A stretch of DNA of 64,000 nt from Malacoraja senta (Eukaryota): NCBI GenBank assembly GCA_038087875.1, contig CM075990.1, positions 17,610,001 through 17,674,000 on the forward strand. The letters are read 5' to 3'. Below the pieces are notes generated by a model. That model saw only the letters and a list, made by a program, of their open reading frames with translations, did no database searches and was not told where the DNA came from. A program made the translations under genes and the position numbers. Positions 49,362 through 64,000 of this stretch are shown in pieces; position 1 is the first letter of the stretch; each line of letters begins with the position of its first letter.

Positions 49362-49377
49362 CCAGCAGAGGGAGCAC
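49362..49377 (+). promoter_or_regulatory. Candidate CTCF-binding motif
   Basis: CCAGCAGAGGGAGCAC matches CCASYAGRKGGCRS with one deviation, in non-repetitive sequence. Confidence 0.35.
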
Positions 49378-50749
49378 TGCTCCAGATCTCTCCACTCAAC
49401 TCATCCCAAGACGGGATGCATATTAAATTCGGACACAAATTGTATTAATGACTGATTTATCCACATTCCCACCTTCCTGACCCTGTGCGATGATGTGCTG
49501 TATCAATGGTGTGTTGTTGAGAAACTGTATTTGGTGGTTAGATCCTGTCGCAGCTGAAATACTTCAAGATGCCAAGGGAACTGAGAATAGAGAATTATTG
49601 CTGGGAGAATCCTGCAACAGATTGGCACAGGACTCTGCCAGTCCCATCCGCCAGCTCGGCCGTGCCACTGGAGAACTGGTTCCACCCAACTCTTTCCCTG
49701 CAAGTTCCCTGCAGATTATTTTACTGCAGGTGCAAGTCCTGGCTAATTTTCAAAGGCAACACTCACTCCGAGCTGCGCTGTTTGGGCAGAGAGCAACTTG
49801 CTTCTTTGTGAAAGCAGATGTGCCAAGTGGACTCCAGGCTCGACTCTAGTCACAGAGTAATACAAAATGGAAACAGGCCCTTTGACCCAATTCATACATG
49901 TTAATCAATGCACCGTTCTGGAGCGAGTGCATTTGGCCCATATCCTATCCAAGTACCTGTCCAATGCCTGTCTATTCTGAAGAAAGATGCCAACCTGAAT
50001 TGTCACCTATCCCTGTTCTCCACAGATGCTGCCTGACCCGTTGAGTTACCCCAGCACTTTGTGTCACTTTGTGAAATAAACCTTTAATCTAAGTTCAAGA
50101 GCAATTATTGAATGAGGAACCAACACTGATCTTCCCAGAATCACCTTCATCATCACTACAAGGATTATATTTAGTGTCTATTTCTTTGATCTTCAATCTT
50201 ATCATTTCTTCAAAGTGGTTCTTTGTTTCTCCCTTGGGTCACCTACTGGTGTCTTTGCCTTTTCGTTTTTGCTTTGTTTTTTCTCGATATTGGCCAACAA
50301 AGTGGACAAGTAGCACGCAGTGAACAATGAGCTGGGAAGAGAGCCACGAGACAGGACCGCGGGTTGGACATGGCTGCTCATTACCAGGAAAAGGAAGGAC
50401 AATATGAGCTGTGAGGAAGTGAACACAAGCCAGACTGTGTTTATAACAGATGAGTATCAGACTGCTGATGGGCCAATGGATGACCTGTGTGGGCGTGTGG
50501 GTCACAGTGGAATTCTGATGCTGGAGAAAGCCATTCAGCCCATCAAGTCTATTCTAGCTCCTCACGAGCAATCTCATCAGTCCATCTCTCCTCTCCCCCC
50601 ACAACCTGACAAGGCATGTTCTTCCCACACCCTGTCCAATAGGAACAGCACCTTATATTCTGCTTGGGTAGCTACAACCCAACGGAATCAACATTGAATC
50701 CTTCAATTTTTGGTCGCTAACCAACCCCCCCCCCCCCCCCACACACACA

Positions 50750-50780
<31 letters not shown>

Positions 50781-52189
50781 TTTTGGCCATTGTCCCTCTA
50801 AACTCTTGATATTATGGTACCTGCCTCAACTACCACCTCTGACAGCTTGTTCCATACACCCACCACCCTCTGAGTGAAAAAGTTGCCCCTTGGGTTCCTG
50901 TTAAGTTTGCCCCTCTCAAACCTAAGTCCTCTGGTTCTTGATTCCCCTATCCTGGGTCAAAGACACCTCTATAAGATCACCCACTGCCCCTTTGTTTCTC
51001 CCTCTCTTCCTATCATTTTATCTGTAAGGCTGAGTTAAAGACCCTGGCTTAACTAATGTATACCTTGCCTTGGGAAATATCTTTAAATATATTGTGTAGG
51101 AAGGAACTGCAGATGCTGGTTTAAACCAAAGATAGACACAAAAAGCTGTAGTAACTCAGTGGGACAGGCAGCATCTATGGAGAGAAGCGATGGGGACGAT
51201 TCGGGTTGAGACCCTTCTTTAGGCCTAGGTCACTGCATATCCGGTTTATGGAGGGCCTGAGTTCTGAGTAGTTTTCAAGAATGGTACCTGCATTATCGTG
51301 GAGAGGCCAGGGATGCGGAGGGGTGAATCGGGCCTGTGATCAGTAAACACTGAGGCATGTGTCTGAGAAGTCCACTGGCCCAGTCCCACATGGCCAGGGC
51401 TGTAGGTGATGGACTAGCTTGCATCCCACCTCTCTACAGCAGTATGAGACACACGATTGCTTCAAAAACTCAACCCATTTCATAATCGCTCACACCTGCT
51501 ACCATTGCTCCAGAAAGAGTTTGATCATAATATTTCACAATTTAATTCAGGGCAAGGGCGATGACTGCTTATTTTTTAATTTAAGGGTTTTTCCAAAGCT
51601 AAGTCATTTGGAAGAAAGTTACTGTTTCCTATTTCACTAATTGTTGTTGAACTGTAACTTGGCCCCGGATCACACCAGGAATACACTGATCTTCCTGTTT
51701 ACTGTGAATTCTGAAGCACTTTCCCAGGTTTAATGGCGTCAGCATGAGTGTCTTGTCCGATGGGGAATGGTCCATTGTTTCACAGTGGGGTCAGGTCAGA
51801 GTGCTCACTCATTGCGACTTTATTTAAGGGAATAAGGGGGTGCAGAACTGGAGAGCAAAGTTATGCATCATTCAGGTAGACACAAAACTACTTTTGATTT
51901 AAACCAGCATCTGCAGTTCTCTCTTTGGCATCATTCGTTTTTATATAATGGCTCAGCAGTTACTGGAAGTCCAAAAGAGTAAAATAAACAATTTCAGTTC
52001 CTGTAAGAGTGAAGATTAACAAAGGTTCCCTTGCGTAATTGAATTGGACTCATGGTCACTAAACACTGATTGTGTGTTTCATAACTCCATTGACCAACAA
52101 TCTGTCCAATGCCACATGTCCTGGGCTGGAGTAGATACATTCCAAACTTCTGTTGGATACTAAAGCTCTGCAGAAGAACCACACCCCCA

Positions 52190-52865
52190 CTTGGGCAGCT
52201 TGCACCCAATGGTATAAACATTGAATTCTCCAAGTTGAAGTAAAACCCTCCCCACCTCTTTCTCTTTTCTGTGCGCAACCTCCCATTCCAGTGAGCACCC
52301 ATTACACCCACTATCCCACTCACCCCCCCCCCTTTCCCTGCCACCTGTATCCCTCTTTCTAGCTTTACCTTTCCTCTTCTCTCCTCATCTCACCTTTTTG
52401 TCTCCTTTTCACCTTTGTCACCCACTCTACACATCTGCCTATCAAACGCTCCTCACCTGTCATCGTCATCATCATCGGTGGTCACTGGAAACGAGTATGA
52501 CTGTCCTCTCCTCTCCATAGGGTCATCTACTTGTGGGTCTGCAGATGTCTGTAGAGGCCGATCCGCGACCCACACACCTTGGTGCAACGTGGGCAGTGGA
52601 GACTGGCGGTGGTTGGTAGTTGTCGAGCCCCCTTCTCTCTCTCCTTACGGTGCTGTCGCTTTGTCTCTGCGACACGGCGCAGTTCCTCACCTGTATCCAC
52701 CCATCACTCACCAGGCTTTGTTCTGGCCCCACCACTCTGTTTCAGCTTTCTCTCCCCCCCCCCCCCCCCTACAATCAATTTGAAGAAGGCTTCTGACCTG
52801 AAACGTTGCCTAGCAATGTTCTCCACAGATGCTGTTTGAGCCACTGAGTTACTCCAGCACTCTGT
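52190..52865 (+). mobile_element. Degenerate Penelope-like 3' fragment with an internal insertion
   Basis: ttgggcagcttgcacccaatggtataaacattgaattctcc resembles the LGSLHP.G.NI.F C-terminus. Pyrimidine-rich UTR and degenerate hammerhead region near 52780-52810. Confidence 0.55.
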
Positions 52866-54079
52866 GCTTCATAGAAGCCACAGTGGTCTAGTGTTAAGCA
52901 CCTGGCCAACCAAAGCCATTGCCCTGACAATGAGGGTCCCACTGCTGCGGTTAGATGAAGCACATTGTGACCACTTTGCTGTAATCTCTCATCCGCTGGC
53001 ACTGCTGTTCATGCCCCCTTCTGCTACAGTAATCAGCCGTTAGCAACAGCCAACAGACCAGAGGGAACAAAGAGATTTTCCCGCAATCTTCCAAACATTT
53101 TCTTTTTTTTCTTTGTCTTTACATGTGCCATGTCTACCATTGGGACCTGATTGGCCCGGTCCCAAACACAAATTGATTATGATTGATTGCATGACGTGAT
53201 TATATTCATTCCCAGGAGACTTTATATTCTGCCTCATGCAAATAGGTTTGAATAGAAACACGCCGAGCTTTCACCTTTACAAAGCCTGGTATTTCCAAGA
53301 GGAATGTGTGAGGTTCCATTGCAGAAGCCCGGTGTGCGGGATGTGAAGTGCCCATGGCCCAGACATCGCCTTGCTCCAGAGTGCAGTTGGCATTGAGAAG
53401 GGAATGGCTCACCACTAACACTCGCTCTTGTTCCCAGGCAACTGGGAAATAACATGGCACAGTAGGCAGTCCCCTTGATCTCGATCACTAACTGTTTCCC
53501 AGTGATAATATACAAGAGAAGTTCAGTCATGTCTTCATGGTGCAAGTGGTCACACAGATGCTTGTTATATTTTTGTGAGATGCTCTTTGTCCACCACTTC
53601 TCAGACAGTGTGTATGGAGGAGATTACAGAGAGTGGTGGACATTGTCTGGCCCATCGTGTTCATTGACCTCCCCACCATCGAAGGGATCTACACATGACA
53701 CTGCCTCAAAAAGGCAGCCAGCATCATTAGAGACCCACACCGCCCTGGCCACGCTCTCAACTCACTCTTATATGGAGCCTGAAAACCGAGCGCCAGGTTC
53801 AAGAACAGCTTCTTCCCAACATCCAACAGGCTCTTGAACACTGACTGCACAACTCTAACCTCAACCATCAACTTCTATGGACGGTTATTAGTTGCACTTT
53901 GGGTTTTGTGGTGATTAATTTATTGAATCTTGATTTTATATTATCCATATGTGTTGTGTTTACAGGCCTGTTATGCTGCTGGAAATAAGAATTGTTCCGT
54001 TGTCAGTACACATGGCAATTAAACAATCTTGACCCTTGTCATGGGAAAAACGTTCTTACAAATGCATCCTGCCCATCCA

Positions 54080-55050
54080 TGCCTTCTCCTGACTTTATAC
54101 ACCTCTATCAGGCCAGTCTCAGCCTCCTCTGATCCAAGAAAAACAAACCCACTCTATCCAGTCTCTCCTGATAATTAAAACTTTCTATTCCAACATCCTG
54201 GAAAATCTCCTCTTCAACATCTCCAATGCAAGATTACATTCTTCTTGAGGCGGGGTGGCCAGAACTGCATGGAATACCCCAGCTGTGGCCTGACCAATGT
54301 TTATAAACATGTACAGGACCTCCCTCCTCTTATACTGCATGCCCCAGCTAATGAAGGAAGTGTCCCAAACATCTTCTTCACCAACCTATCTACTCATGCC
54401 GCCACCTTCAATGATCTTCAGACTTTCATGTCAAGATCCTTTTATTTCTCACTACTCCCTAATAGATATACATAAACCATTCATGGTACAACGTCAAACT
54501 GCACCACCTCACACTCATCACCATTAAACTCTATCTGCCATTGCTCTGCCCAATAACCCCCCTCTTATACACCAAAGTGAATAACTTCACATTTGTATCT
54601 TGCATCTGGTATGTGGTCACACGCTCTCTCCATATCGCCTTGAAACCTCATTACGCCCTCCTTTCTATTCACAATCCTACATAGTTTTGTATCATCAGCA
54701 AAGTAGGAAACATGATATTTGGTTCCTGGGCCAATTCATTGATGTAGTTTGTGGACAGCTGGAGCTGAGCGCAGTTCCTCCTGCATTTGCCCATGTCACC
54801 TTGACAACCAACCATTCCATTCCCCTCTCTGCTGCCCAATTCTCAATTCTCAATCCATCTTGGTACATTACCACAATTCCACGCACTCTATCTTGGTTAA
54901 TCAACCTCCTGTGTGGGACCTTATTAAAGCCCCACTTGAAAATCTAAATACATCACATTCATTGCCTTCCCTTATATATTTTTCCAGTCACATTTTCAAA
55001 GAACTCCTGCAGCTTAATCGAGCATGATTTTCCTTTCATAAATCCGTGTT
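54080..55050 (-). mobile_element. Old, degenerate CR1 ORF2 fragment
   Basis: Decayed CR1 RT and C-terminal motifs with many frameshifts. Confidence 0.5.
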
Positions 55051-56054
55051 GACTGCTCACTGCTGCTATTGTTTTGGTACTACATGGTTCATTGTAGACT
55101 CCAACATGGGTTTGATGTAAGAGCCTAGTTTTGGATTGAATTCTATCATTTTCAAACTACTGATCATACTCCTCTCTAAAGAGATCTTAGAAATTAACTC
55201 TTTCCCATTGCCTGGTAGTAAATGTAACATATTTTCTCTTGCTGGTTTCCCAGAACCATCTTCAGACATGCCATGAGTTAATTGTGCTCATCATTATTGG
55301 CTTGCCTTGACTACACATAGATGACAGTCCACCATGGTTGCTGTAATGTTACTGTTGCGTGCACTGCTGGGTTTGTGATTTATGCCAAACTCACTGCTAC
55401 AGAGAGAACTTGGTGGTCTATAAATACCTTCCCACCACTGTTCTCTACACTTCACTCCACCCGATCTTAGTCTAAATCAAATCATTGCTCATCACTGCTC
55501 TGATGCCATAGTTCATGAGTAATGCTTCACCATCTCCTTCCCCCTTGAGGGTCAAACACTCACACCTTTACCTTCCAGCTTTGGTCATTCTGTAGCCAAG
55601 CCTCTGCAATGGCAATAAAATCACACCGACCCACTTCTGTTCGTGCCATCATTCATTTTCATTGGTAAATGTTGCATGCATTTGAATTTTGGCCTTTTAA
55701 CTTTTTTTCCATTCCCAACTTGTCTTTGTTTTGGCTGCCATTTATTTTGTTTGCTCCCAACCTCCACACCTTGTATTGTTTCTCTCCTTTCTGATTCCCC
55801 TCTCTGGTTCCTCTGGTTCCTATCCCCCTATCCCCACAGTAAACCCCTGCAAGGGTGTTGGTCCCATCTCCACTGAGGAGTAGCCCATCCAAGCAGGCTC
55901 CAACTGCCCAAGAAACCACCCCAAAGGCTCAAAGATACAAGCACTTCCTCTAGCACCATCTCTTCATCTGTGCATTCACTGCTTCTGTTCCCCCCGTCTC
56001 CCTACTTGCTGCCTCTGCACTCACGACCACGTGACCAAATTCACTTCTAACTCT

Positions 56055-56560
56055 GTCTACACGTTTGCAGATGACACCATTGTGGTGGGCTGGATCACAA
56101 ACTATGATGAGATCTGTCTCATCGTAGATCCCATCCTGCAGAAATGAGAGAGGGAGCTTAGCGACATGGTGACAGGCCAATAAGATCTGCCTCACATCAG
56201 CAAGATGAAGGAGCTAGTTATTGACCAGGGCTTGGTGGAGTACATGCCCCAATCAGCATCAATGATGGAAGTGGAAATGGATGAGAGCTTCAAGTTCCAT
56301 GGTGTTAATATTACCGATGGTCTGTCATGCCAACCACACAAAGCTATGGCCAGGAAGTCACACCTGTGCCTCTACCTCCTGAGAAGACCGAGCAAATTCA
56401 ACGTGTCTCTAATGACTCTTACAAACTTCTGCAGATGCACCATAGAAAGCACACTGCTGGGTTGCATCACAGCTTGGTTTGGGAACAGCTCTGCCTCTAC
56501 CCAAGACCACAAGAAATTGCAAAGTTGTGGATGTAGCCCAGTCTACTACACAAACCACGC
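56055..56560 (+). mobile_element. Rex1/Babar-type LINE RT fragment
   Basis: Encodes FADDTIVVG (RT catalytic motif), K.KELVID and LTNFCRCTIESTLLGCITAWFGN..DHKKLQ, with frameshifts. Confidence 0.7.
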
Positions 56561-57254
56561 TCACCTCCTCCCCTGCCCCTAACCCCTCCATGACTCCAAG
56601 ACTCCAAGACTCCATGACTCCAAGACTCCAAGATTCCATGAACACCACGCTACCTTGGGAAAATAGGACCATTTCCACACCAGTCATTCCTTCTTCTCTG
56701 CTCTGCCATTGGGCAAACGCACAACAGCCTGAAAGCACGACCCATCAGATTCAATCCCAGGGTATTTTTGAAAAATACAGAGCCATTTGGAAAAGAAAAA
56801 AAGCTTTTAGTTTCTCATTTGATGATTCCATGACCACATCCTCATTCTCCCCATCCCGTTTTACTGCCGTCTATTTATAGACGACCATAATACATTAGCA
56901 TTTATTTGTAAGCGTGAAATGGCGAAACAATGATGACTTCCTGGACCGGGGCCAGAGCAAAAACTCCCTGAGTTGAGTAAAGAGGCCCTCTGGAGCGAGA
57001 CAGGAAGATGGTGGTCCATCTTCAAACATTCCCTTTAACTTTTGGGTTTATCCATAAAAGGCAAAACAATAAATGACATTGGGAACAGGAACTCCCCCAG
57101 GTTCAGTCCATCTCTGGCAGACTCCATCTCAGAACCAGCCAACGCTGTTACCTTTTGAAAAAGAACCCAAAGGAATAGATTCTCTTATTTATTAAAGACA
57201 AGTTGTTCTTCAAAATTGGTCAGACTTTTGTTGTTTCTTTTGGTTCGGTCTCCA

Positions 57255-57398
57255 GGGGTGGGAGATTGCAACCTTCACCTGGTCCACCATGTTTCGACTA
57301 ATGCAATCAACCCGATGTGCACAAACAAAAGATGAAATAGAACAAGTTGACCTACAACTTCAGGCTGTGCACGCCATACGCAAGACGAAGAAGCAGAA
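57255..57398 (+). mobile_element. Second copy of the HDV-ribozyme-headed short retroelement
   Basis: TSD ggtctccag (57247-57255 and 57399-57407). Degenerate AAG tail. Ribozyme region 57255-57308 has J4/2 CUAA. Confidence 0.8.
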
Positions 57399-60300
57399 GG
57401 TCTCCAGTATGAGTGTCCCCTGTTGAAAAAGCCACCTCAGCACCAGTGCAGGTGTCAAGAATCAAGAATGTACCAACAATGAAATCCCTACTTGCTGCAG
57501 CATATCGGAACCGTAAACATAATAGACACATAAATAAATAATACAATAATCAGTGATACAATAAATTAATAAAAGTAATGTTTGGCAACCATAATAAAGC
57601 AGAATATTTCTTGGAGGGGAGGACACTGTTACATCAGAAACATTTACAGGTTCTGGGCCAAAAAACTCCCGAGATATTTCTCCTCTTTAAAGATCTTACA
57701 TAAATCCAAATAACTATCATTTTCAATCTTGGAATCCTTTTAATATCCTTTTAACTATATCCAATGCCATTCGTCAAAGATTGCTTTGGTTTCCGCAGAT
57801 TTTTTTATATGACTGATGTCTCTTGCTCTTTGTATCTCCAAGTTATTAGAGAGTCAACGTTGAAAGTAGATGCTGGTTTTCAGTTTACGTGTCAAGGTTC
57901 CATTGCAATAAATCCAGAAGAGACGGTGGTAAAATGAGAGGTTCTTGCATTTAACGTTAAATCATGCACAATTTATATAATTAATATCAATGGTAATGTG
58001 TAAAATATTTTAGAATGCCTCGGCCAACTTATTAAAATTCAACAAGTAGATTTTATATACGTACAGATTGGAAATAGATTTGGTGTTTTCCAAGATGCCT
58101 GTGTTTAGAACACCGCCTAGTGGTGGATTAAAAATCATTCCAAATATCTGCTGCTAGATCCTAATGTGTAGGAAGGAACTGTAGATGCTGGTTTACACCG
58201 AAGATAGACACAAAATGCCGGAATATCTCAGTGGACAGACATCATTTCTAGAGCAACCCTTCTTCAGGCTGAGAGTGATGGGAGAGGGAGACATCAAGAT
58301 ATGGAAGATATCAGGCAACTGAATCATCCTACCACAACCAGAGAGCAGTGCTGAACTACTATCTACCTCTTTGGTGACTCTCGGACTATCCTTGATCGGA
58401 CTTTGCTGGCTTTACCTTGCACTAAACGTCATTCCCTTATCTGAGCACTGTATATGGCCCAATTGTAATCATGAATTGTCTTTCTGCTGACTGGTTAGCA
58501 CACGACAAAAGCAACAAAAGTTGTTCGCCGTACCTCTGTACACGTGTGACGTGACAATAGACTAAACTGAAGGTAAGGTGTGAAAACGACAGATCAAATG
58601 GGAGCTGGAGCAATCACCGAGGGGGAGCAACGAGAGAGGATGATGCAGAACTCTCATTGGAGAGAGGAGGAGAAGTTCTCCAAAGTAGGCATACCTTGAG
58701 GAGATTTCACAGTGGGGCAGACAAAATGTGAAGGAAGGAACTAAACAGAAATAGGTTCTTCGGCCCACAGAGCCTGTCCTTAACATGATACTGTGAACAC
58801 CTCAGAAGTGAAACGCAGAAACAAGGAATTGCAGATGCTGGTTTACAAAAGTGCTGAAATATCTTCTGACCCGATGAGTTACTCCAGCACTTGTGTCTTT
58901 TCTCAGAAGTGAAGCAGTTGGGTTAATCTAAAAGGGGAGGAGACTTGGGCAGTAGTAGCCGCGATCTCTGTGTGGAAGATGTGATTAGGTAAAAATATGC
59001 AGGTTGACGTATGTATCCATTGGTGGCAAAGGAACAACGTTTCAGAATGGGTTCAGTAGACAGTCCCTACATGTCCATTCACTCTGCGGATGCTGCCTGA
59101 CCTGCTGAGTTCCTTCAGCACCTTGTGTCTTACTCAAAGCCATCTCACCTGATGCAGCGATGATCTGGCCTTTGTTTCCACCCTGTTTGTGGGATCTTGC
59201 TGTGCATCTTGCCAGTCAAGTTCCCACATGATTCTGCTGACAATACTGCTCAGCACTGTGAGTCATCCAGGGGTTCTGAAATGAACGATGTAAGTATGGG
59301 GAAATCGAGAACCGGAGTACATGGGTTTAAGGTGAGGGGGCAGCAAGATTTAATAGGCACCTGAAGGGCACAACGGCTGGTGGGTGTATGGAATGAGCTG
59401 CAGTGGAGGCAGTTGAGGCAGGTACTATCACAATGTTTAAGAAACATTTAGAAGGGTCTGCTATATTTAAGAGGGAGTTAGATGTGGCCCTTCTGGCTAA
59501 AGGGATCAGGGGGTATGGAGAGAAGGCAGGTACGGGATACTGAGTTGGATGATCAGCCATGATCATATTGAATGGCGGTGCAGGCTCGAAGGGCCGAATG
59601 GCCTACTCCTGCACCTATTTTCTATGTATCTATGTATCTATGTCTCAACCCAAAACGTCACCCATTCCTTCTCTCCAGAAATGCTGCCTATCCCGCTGAG
59701 TTACTCCAACTTTTTGTGTCTATCTTAGGTATATGGATACAACAGGTTCAGAGGGATTTGGGGCAAACGTAGGCAGGTGGGACTAGTGTAGATGGTGCAT
59801 GTTGGCTTGTGTGGGCAAGTTGGGCAGAAGGGCCTGTTTCCGCCCTCTATGACTATGACACAATCCTATCTCATGTACGCTGAGGTATTAGAGAAGGCAA
59901 GGGCAACAGATTCCACAGGTTGTCATGAAGGCAGGCACAGATTGAAGGAGTTTAAATTAAACACTGATCACCAAGTGTTACTTGTTCTGGAGACTGAAGG
60001 AGCAGTATAGAGATGGAAGGAGCTGGTCAGACAGAGTCATCTTTCAGTCAGCCTGTCCATTCTTACTTTCTTGCCACAGTACATGCAGGCATCCATTACT
60101 GTTTAATTATAAGTATAAGACAAAGAATGTAATAACAATTATTAAGTGATGAATGATACTATTAAAATATTCATTATAGACAGTGTATTGCATTCACTTC
60201 ACACTCTGCACCGTTAATAAAAACCCTCACATCATTTAGTACAGGGTTGCGAGGATGACATTTGTCTTTTTGATGCAGTCCTTGCTACGGCTGTGAGATA

Positions 60301-60764
60301 ACAGCTTCTCCTGGGAACTGCAAGATTAGAGGTCACCTTATTAAAAAGAACAAAGTTATATTCTCCAGTAATTGCATTAGTTGTTCCTGGTGGTTTAACG
60401 TTACATTTTCCAGCAGATTTAAATGCTTTTCAAGCAGATTTTGATCTTTTTGAAGACCAGTTTTGTTGGAGTGTAGGTCAGTGCACCAGAGTACAGTGAA
60501 TGACAGCGCCATTCTTATGAAGTGTGCTCTTAATCTTTTAGAGAGCCAAACAAAAAGTTGCTGGAGGAACTCAATGGGTCAGGCAGCATCTGTTGAGGGA
60601 ATCGACAGGTGATGTTTCAGAGCGGGGCCCTACTCCAGCACTTTGTGTTTTGCTCAAGATTCCAGCATCTGCAGTTTCCTGTCACTCTCTGAACTGTCAC
60701 TCTCACCCCTTATTCTGAACCAGTTCCAGATACCTCTATTTGTGGAGGAAACACCCTCTCAACA

Positions 60765-61276
60765 TCCATACACACACACACAAATGTACACACAAACACA
60801 CTTGCACACTGATGTACATACACACACTCATGTACACACACACAAACACACACACTCATGTACACACAAACATGCACACTCATGTACACACAAACACACA
60901 CACTCATGTACACACACACACACTCATGTACACACACACACTCATATACACACAAACATACACACTCATGTACACACACACATGTACAAACACACAAACA
61001 TACAAACTCACACACACTCATGTACACACACACACATACAAACACACACACTCATGTACACACGCACACACTCATGTACACACACACACACATACAAACA
61101 CACACACTCATGTACACACACTCATGTACATACAAACACACACACTCATGTACACACACATACAAACACACACACTCATGTACACACACACACATACAAA
61201 CACGCACACTCATGTACACACACACTCATGTACACACAAACACACACACACACTCATGTACACACACACACTCATG
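60765..61276. repeat. (CA)n-derived minisatellite punctuated by ctcatgta
   Basis: Recurrent cacactcatgtacacaca motif. Confidence 0.9.
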
Positions 61277-62377
61277 GAGAAAAGGAATTGGTGAAGTTTC
61301 GGGTTGAGACCCTTCTGTAGTCTCGACCCGAAACATCACCCATTCCTTTTCTCCAACGATGCTGCCTGTCCCACTGAGCTACTCCAGCATTTTGTGTCTA
61401 TCTTCGGTTTAAACCAGCATCTGCAGTTTCCTCCTACACATTTTGTCTGTACAAACAGCATTGCTGGAGGATGTCTGGGAAGCATTAGAAGAAGGTGCCT
61501 GGGTGGAAGAGCTTTCTGTTCATTGTAACTGAGGCATTGACTCTGTCCCTTCAGCCAGAGAGGGACAGACATTTCTCCAGGCAGCGGCGTGCGTGACTAC
61601 AGAGTGCAGATTCTGACCAAGTTGATTAACAGGATGAGGCTGGACATGCAGGGAGACGAGCTGGAGGTTTGCCCTTGGTTCTCTGATGGATATCTTCAGT
61701 AGGTCAAAGACAGAAACTAAACTGGGGGAGGACAGAGCATTGAGGCTAACACCCAGCAGCTGACCAGGCAGTGAGAACAGCAGCGTTTCAGACCATCAAC
61801 TCTGATTTTTCTCACTAAATTGTGCATAATGATTTAATTTGTTCTTGTCTGTACTGAGGAACTACTTGTCAAGGTCATCCTGGCGAGCAAGATGTTCTTA
61901 AAGACGAGAGTTTCATTTGGGGTATTATATTCTGAAGACATCAAGTATATTTGCTTCTTCACTGTTTTTATATTTAAAAAAATGAATTCTTTTGGGATGT
62001 AAATAAATTAGTTCCATACCAGCCTCTGCACCTTGCTTAAGCCACATGAAACTTCCAATCTCCCTTGCGATCGCAGGCTTCTCTTCCAAGTAGTCTTTCC
62101 AGCTCCGCTAACTGTTTGTTTTGAAAGAGACTCGTTGTTGGGGATATATAGACAAGTATTGCGCTGTTTGAAGGAGATGAGGCAAGGCATGGATGATGTG
62201 GGAACCCAGGGTGAATTCTTTCTTGTAGTTTTGCTGTTTTGCACAGTGACATGTGGTCTTAGTTAGAAGCAGAATTCAGTGGTCTCTGAGTAGAGTAATC
62301 CCGAGCATCGTGGCCAAGGAAAGGCACTAACCAAGACCCGGCTACATTGCAGAGCAATAACGCACTGCTTCACATCC

Positions 62378-62545
62378 AATTAACCTACAACCCTGTACGT
62401 CTTTGGAGTGTGGGAGGAAACCGAAGATCTCGGAGAAAATCCACACATTTCATGGGGAGAACGTACAAACTCTGTACAGACAGCACCCGTAGTCAGGATC
62501 GAACCCGGTTTCCTGCTACTGTAACTGCTGCACCACCATGCCTCA
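62378..62545 (-). mobile_element. V-SINE 5' half
   Basis: Reverse complement of the 7384 element (B box and V-domain). Similar fragments near 29460-29650 and 49115-49241. Confidence 0.7.
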
Positions 62546-64000
62546 CGGTCTGTAAAAGTCAAATGGTTACATAGTTCCTCTTAAGATAGACATAAAATGC
62601 TGGAGCAACTCAGCAGTTCGGGCATCATCTCCGGAGATGCAGCCTGGCCCACTGAGTTACTCCAGTACTCTGTGAAACGTCACCTATCCATGTTCTCCAC
62701 AGATGCTGCCTGACCCGCTGAGTTACTCCAGCACTCTGTGAAACGTCACCTATCCATGTTCTCCACAGATGCTGCCTGACCTGCTGAGTTACTCCAGCAC
62801 TCTGGTGTGTGTTTTTTATTCGTAAGGACCGGGTACCTACCGTCTCTCTCGTGAGTGAAGGGTATTTCTCTCGCCCTCTGGACATCTCTCACAAGATAAG
62901 GACCTGAGACAGTGGTCAATCGCTTAGCTCCTGAGTCACTATGACACATGCCACCGTGAGTCTGCCACAGGCCACCACTGCCCTTTACCAGTGTGAAGAT
63001 CAGACAAACATTATCCCGCTTTAACCAGCCAATAATATTTGCGACCTGTTGTTCTTAGCTGAGGATTTTGCGCTGAGTTGGCGATTTACCAAATCACAAA
63101 GTATTAGTCTTTTATCATAATTAGAACGGATCAGTTAAATTCAGGAAGTGATTACATTAATAACACAAACTAACTTGCCAAAGAACTGTGAACTCAGGCA
63201 GGGCTGCTTTACTCTGCAGCTCAAGTTATGAGCATGTGTTATCCTTGCAGCGTGCCTCATTAAACCATTCATTCAACTAAACATTATGTGGAATAACCAC
63301 TAATGCAGGGAGCCTCGAAATCTCCTCTCTCCTTTGAAGTGTAGATTCAGATTCCGTTCATTATTTAATGTTTATAACAATCTGTACAATTCTCGTTACC
63401 TTTTAATATTTGAAGAAATTTGGTATGTTGCTGAATATTCTATCAAACATCTTCATGTCTCAAAAAGGCAGCCAGCATCATCAGAGACCCACACCACCCT
63501 GGCCACGCTCTCATCTCGCTGCTACCATCGGGGGGAAGGTACAGAAGCTGTCTTGAACCTGGAGAAACATGGATAGGTGACGTTTCACAGAGTGCTGGAG
63601 TAACTCAGCGGGTCAGGCAGCATCTGTGGAGAACATGGATAGGTGATGTTTCACAGAGTGCTGGAGTAACTCAGCGGGTCAGGCAGCATCTGTGGAGAAC
63701 ATGGATAGGTGACGTTTCGGGTCAGAAGGCTCCCAATCTGAAGCATCACCTATCCATGTTCTCCAGAGATGCTGCCTGACCCATTGAGTTATTCCAACTA
63801 TGTCGTTTTTGGTAAACTAGCATCTACAGTTCCTCATGTCACAGACTTTATGACTAATAGGAGTCAGTTACAGAGCTAGCCCATTGTACAACCACTTTCA
63901 GTGCTTGAGGATTTCCTTCACCAAGATGATGTCTTCTGTTAAATGGGGAAACTGAGCCGTAAGACCAAACCTTAGGCACCTCAATGGCTCTTCCACATAC

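Noticed and set aside
62020..62111. Possible minus-strand exon with P-loop-like SGAGKTT (or RSWKDYLEEKPAIAREIGSF in another frame)
   Set aside because: Weak polypyrimidine tract, no recognisable protein family and no partner exons found. A BLASTx would settle it.

Overview
Repeat-rich vertebrate genomic DNA. The repeat mix (V-SINE/HE1-like SINEs, CR1, Rex1/Babar, RTE, L1 and Penelope fragments) suggests a cartilaginous fish, probably a skate or ray; this is an inference. One protein-coding gene can be assembled by hand although the ORF track misses it. It is a minus-strand, three-coding-exon CXC chemokine of the CXCL12/SDF-1 type (exons 33258-33192, 24122-24006, 15404-15323). As assembled, exon 2 has a 1-bp frameshift, and an orphan inverted copy of exon 2 lies about 6.5 kb upstream of the start codon. 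The most unusual observation is a ~140-bp TSD-flanked retroelement in three copies, whose first 54 nt fold into a complete minimal HDV-like ribozyme with the predicted cleavage site at the element's 5' boundary. A second, very abundant Penelope-derived repeat carries a minimal hammerhead ribozyme core. The window also holds two copies of a ~330-bp MITE, a larger TIR element with nested insertions, several minisatellites and a 200-N assembly gap. All family assignments are by eye and from recall, with no database search. Repeat boundaries are approximate unless a TSD or TIR is quoted.
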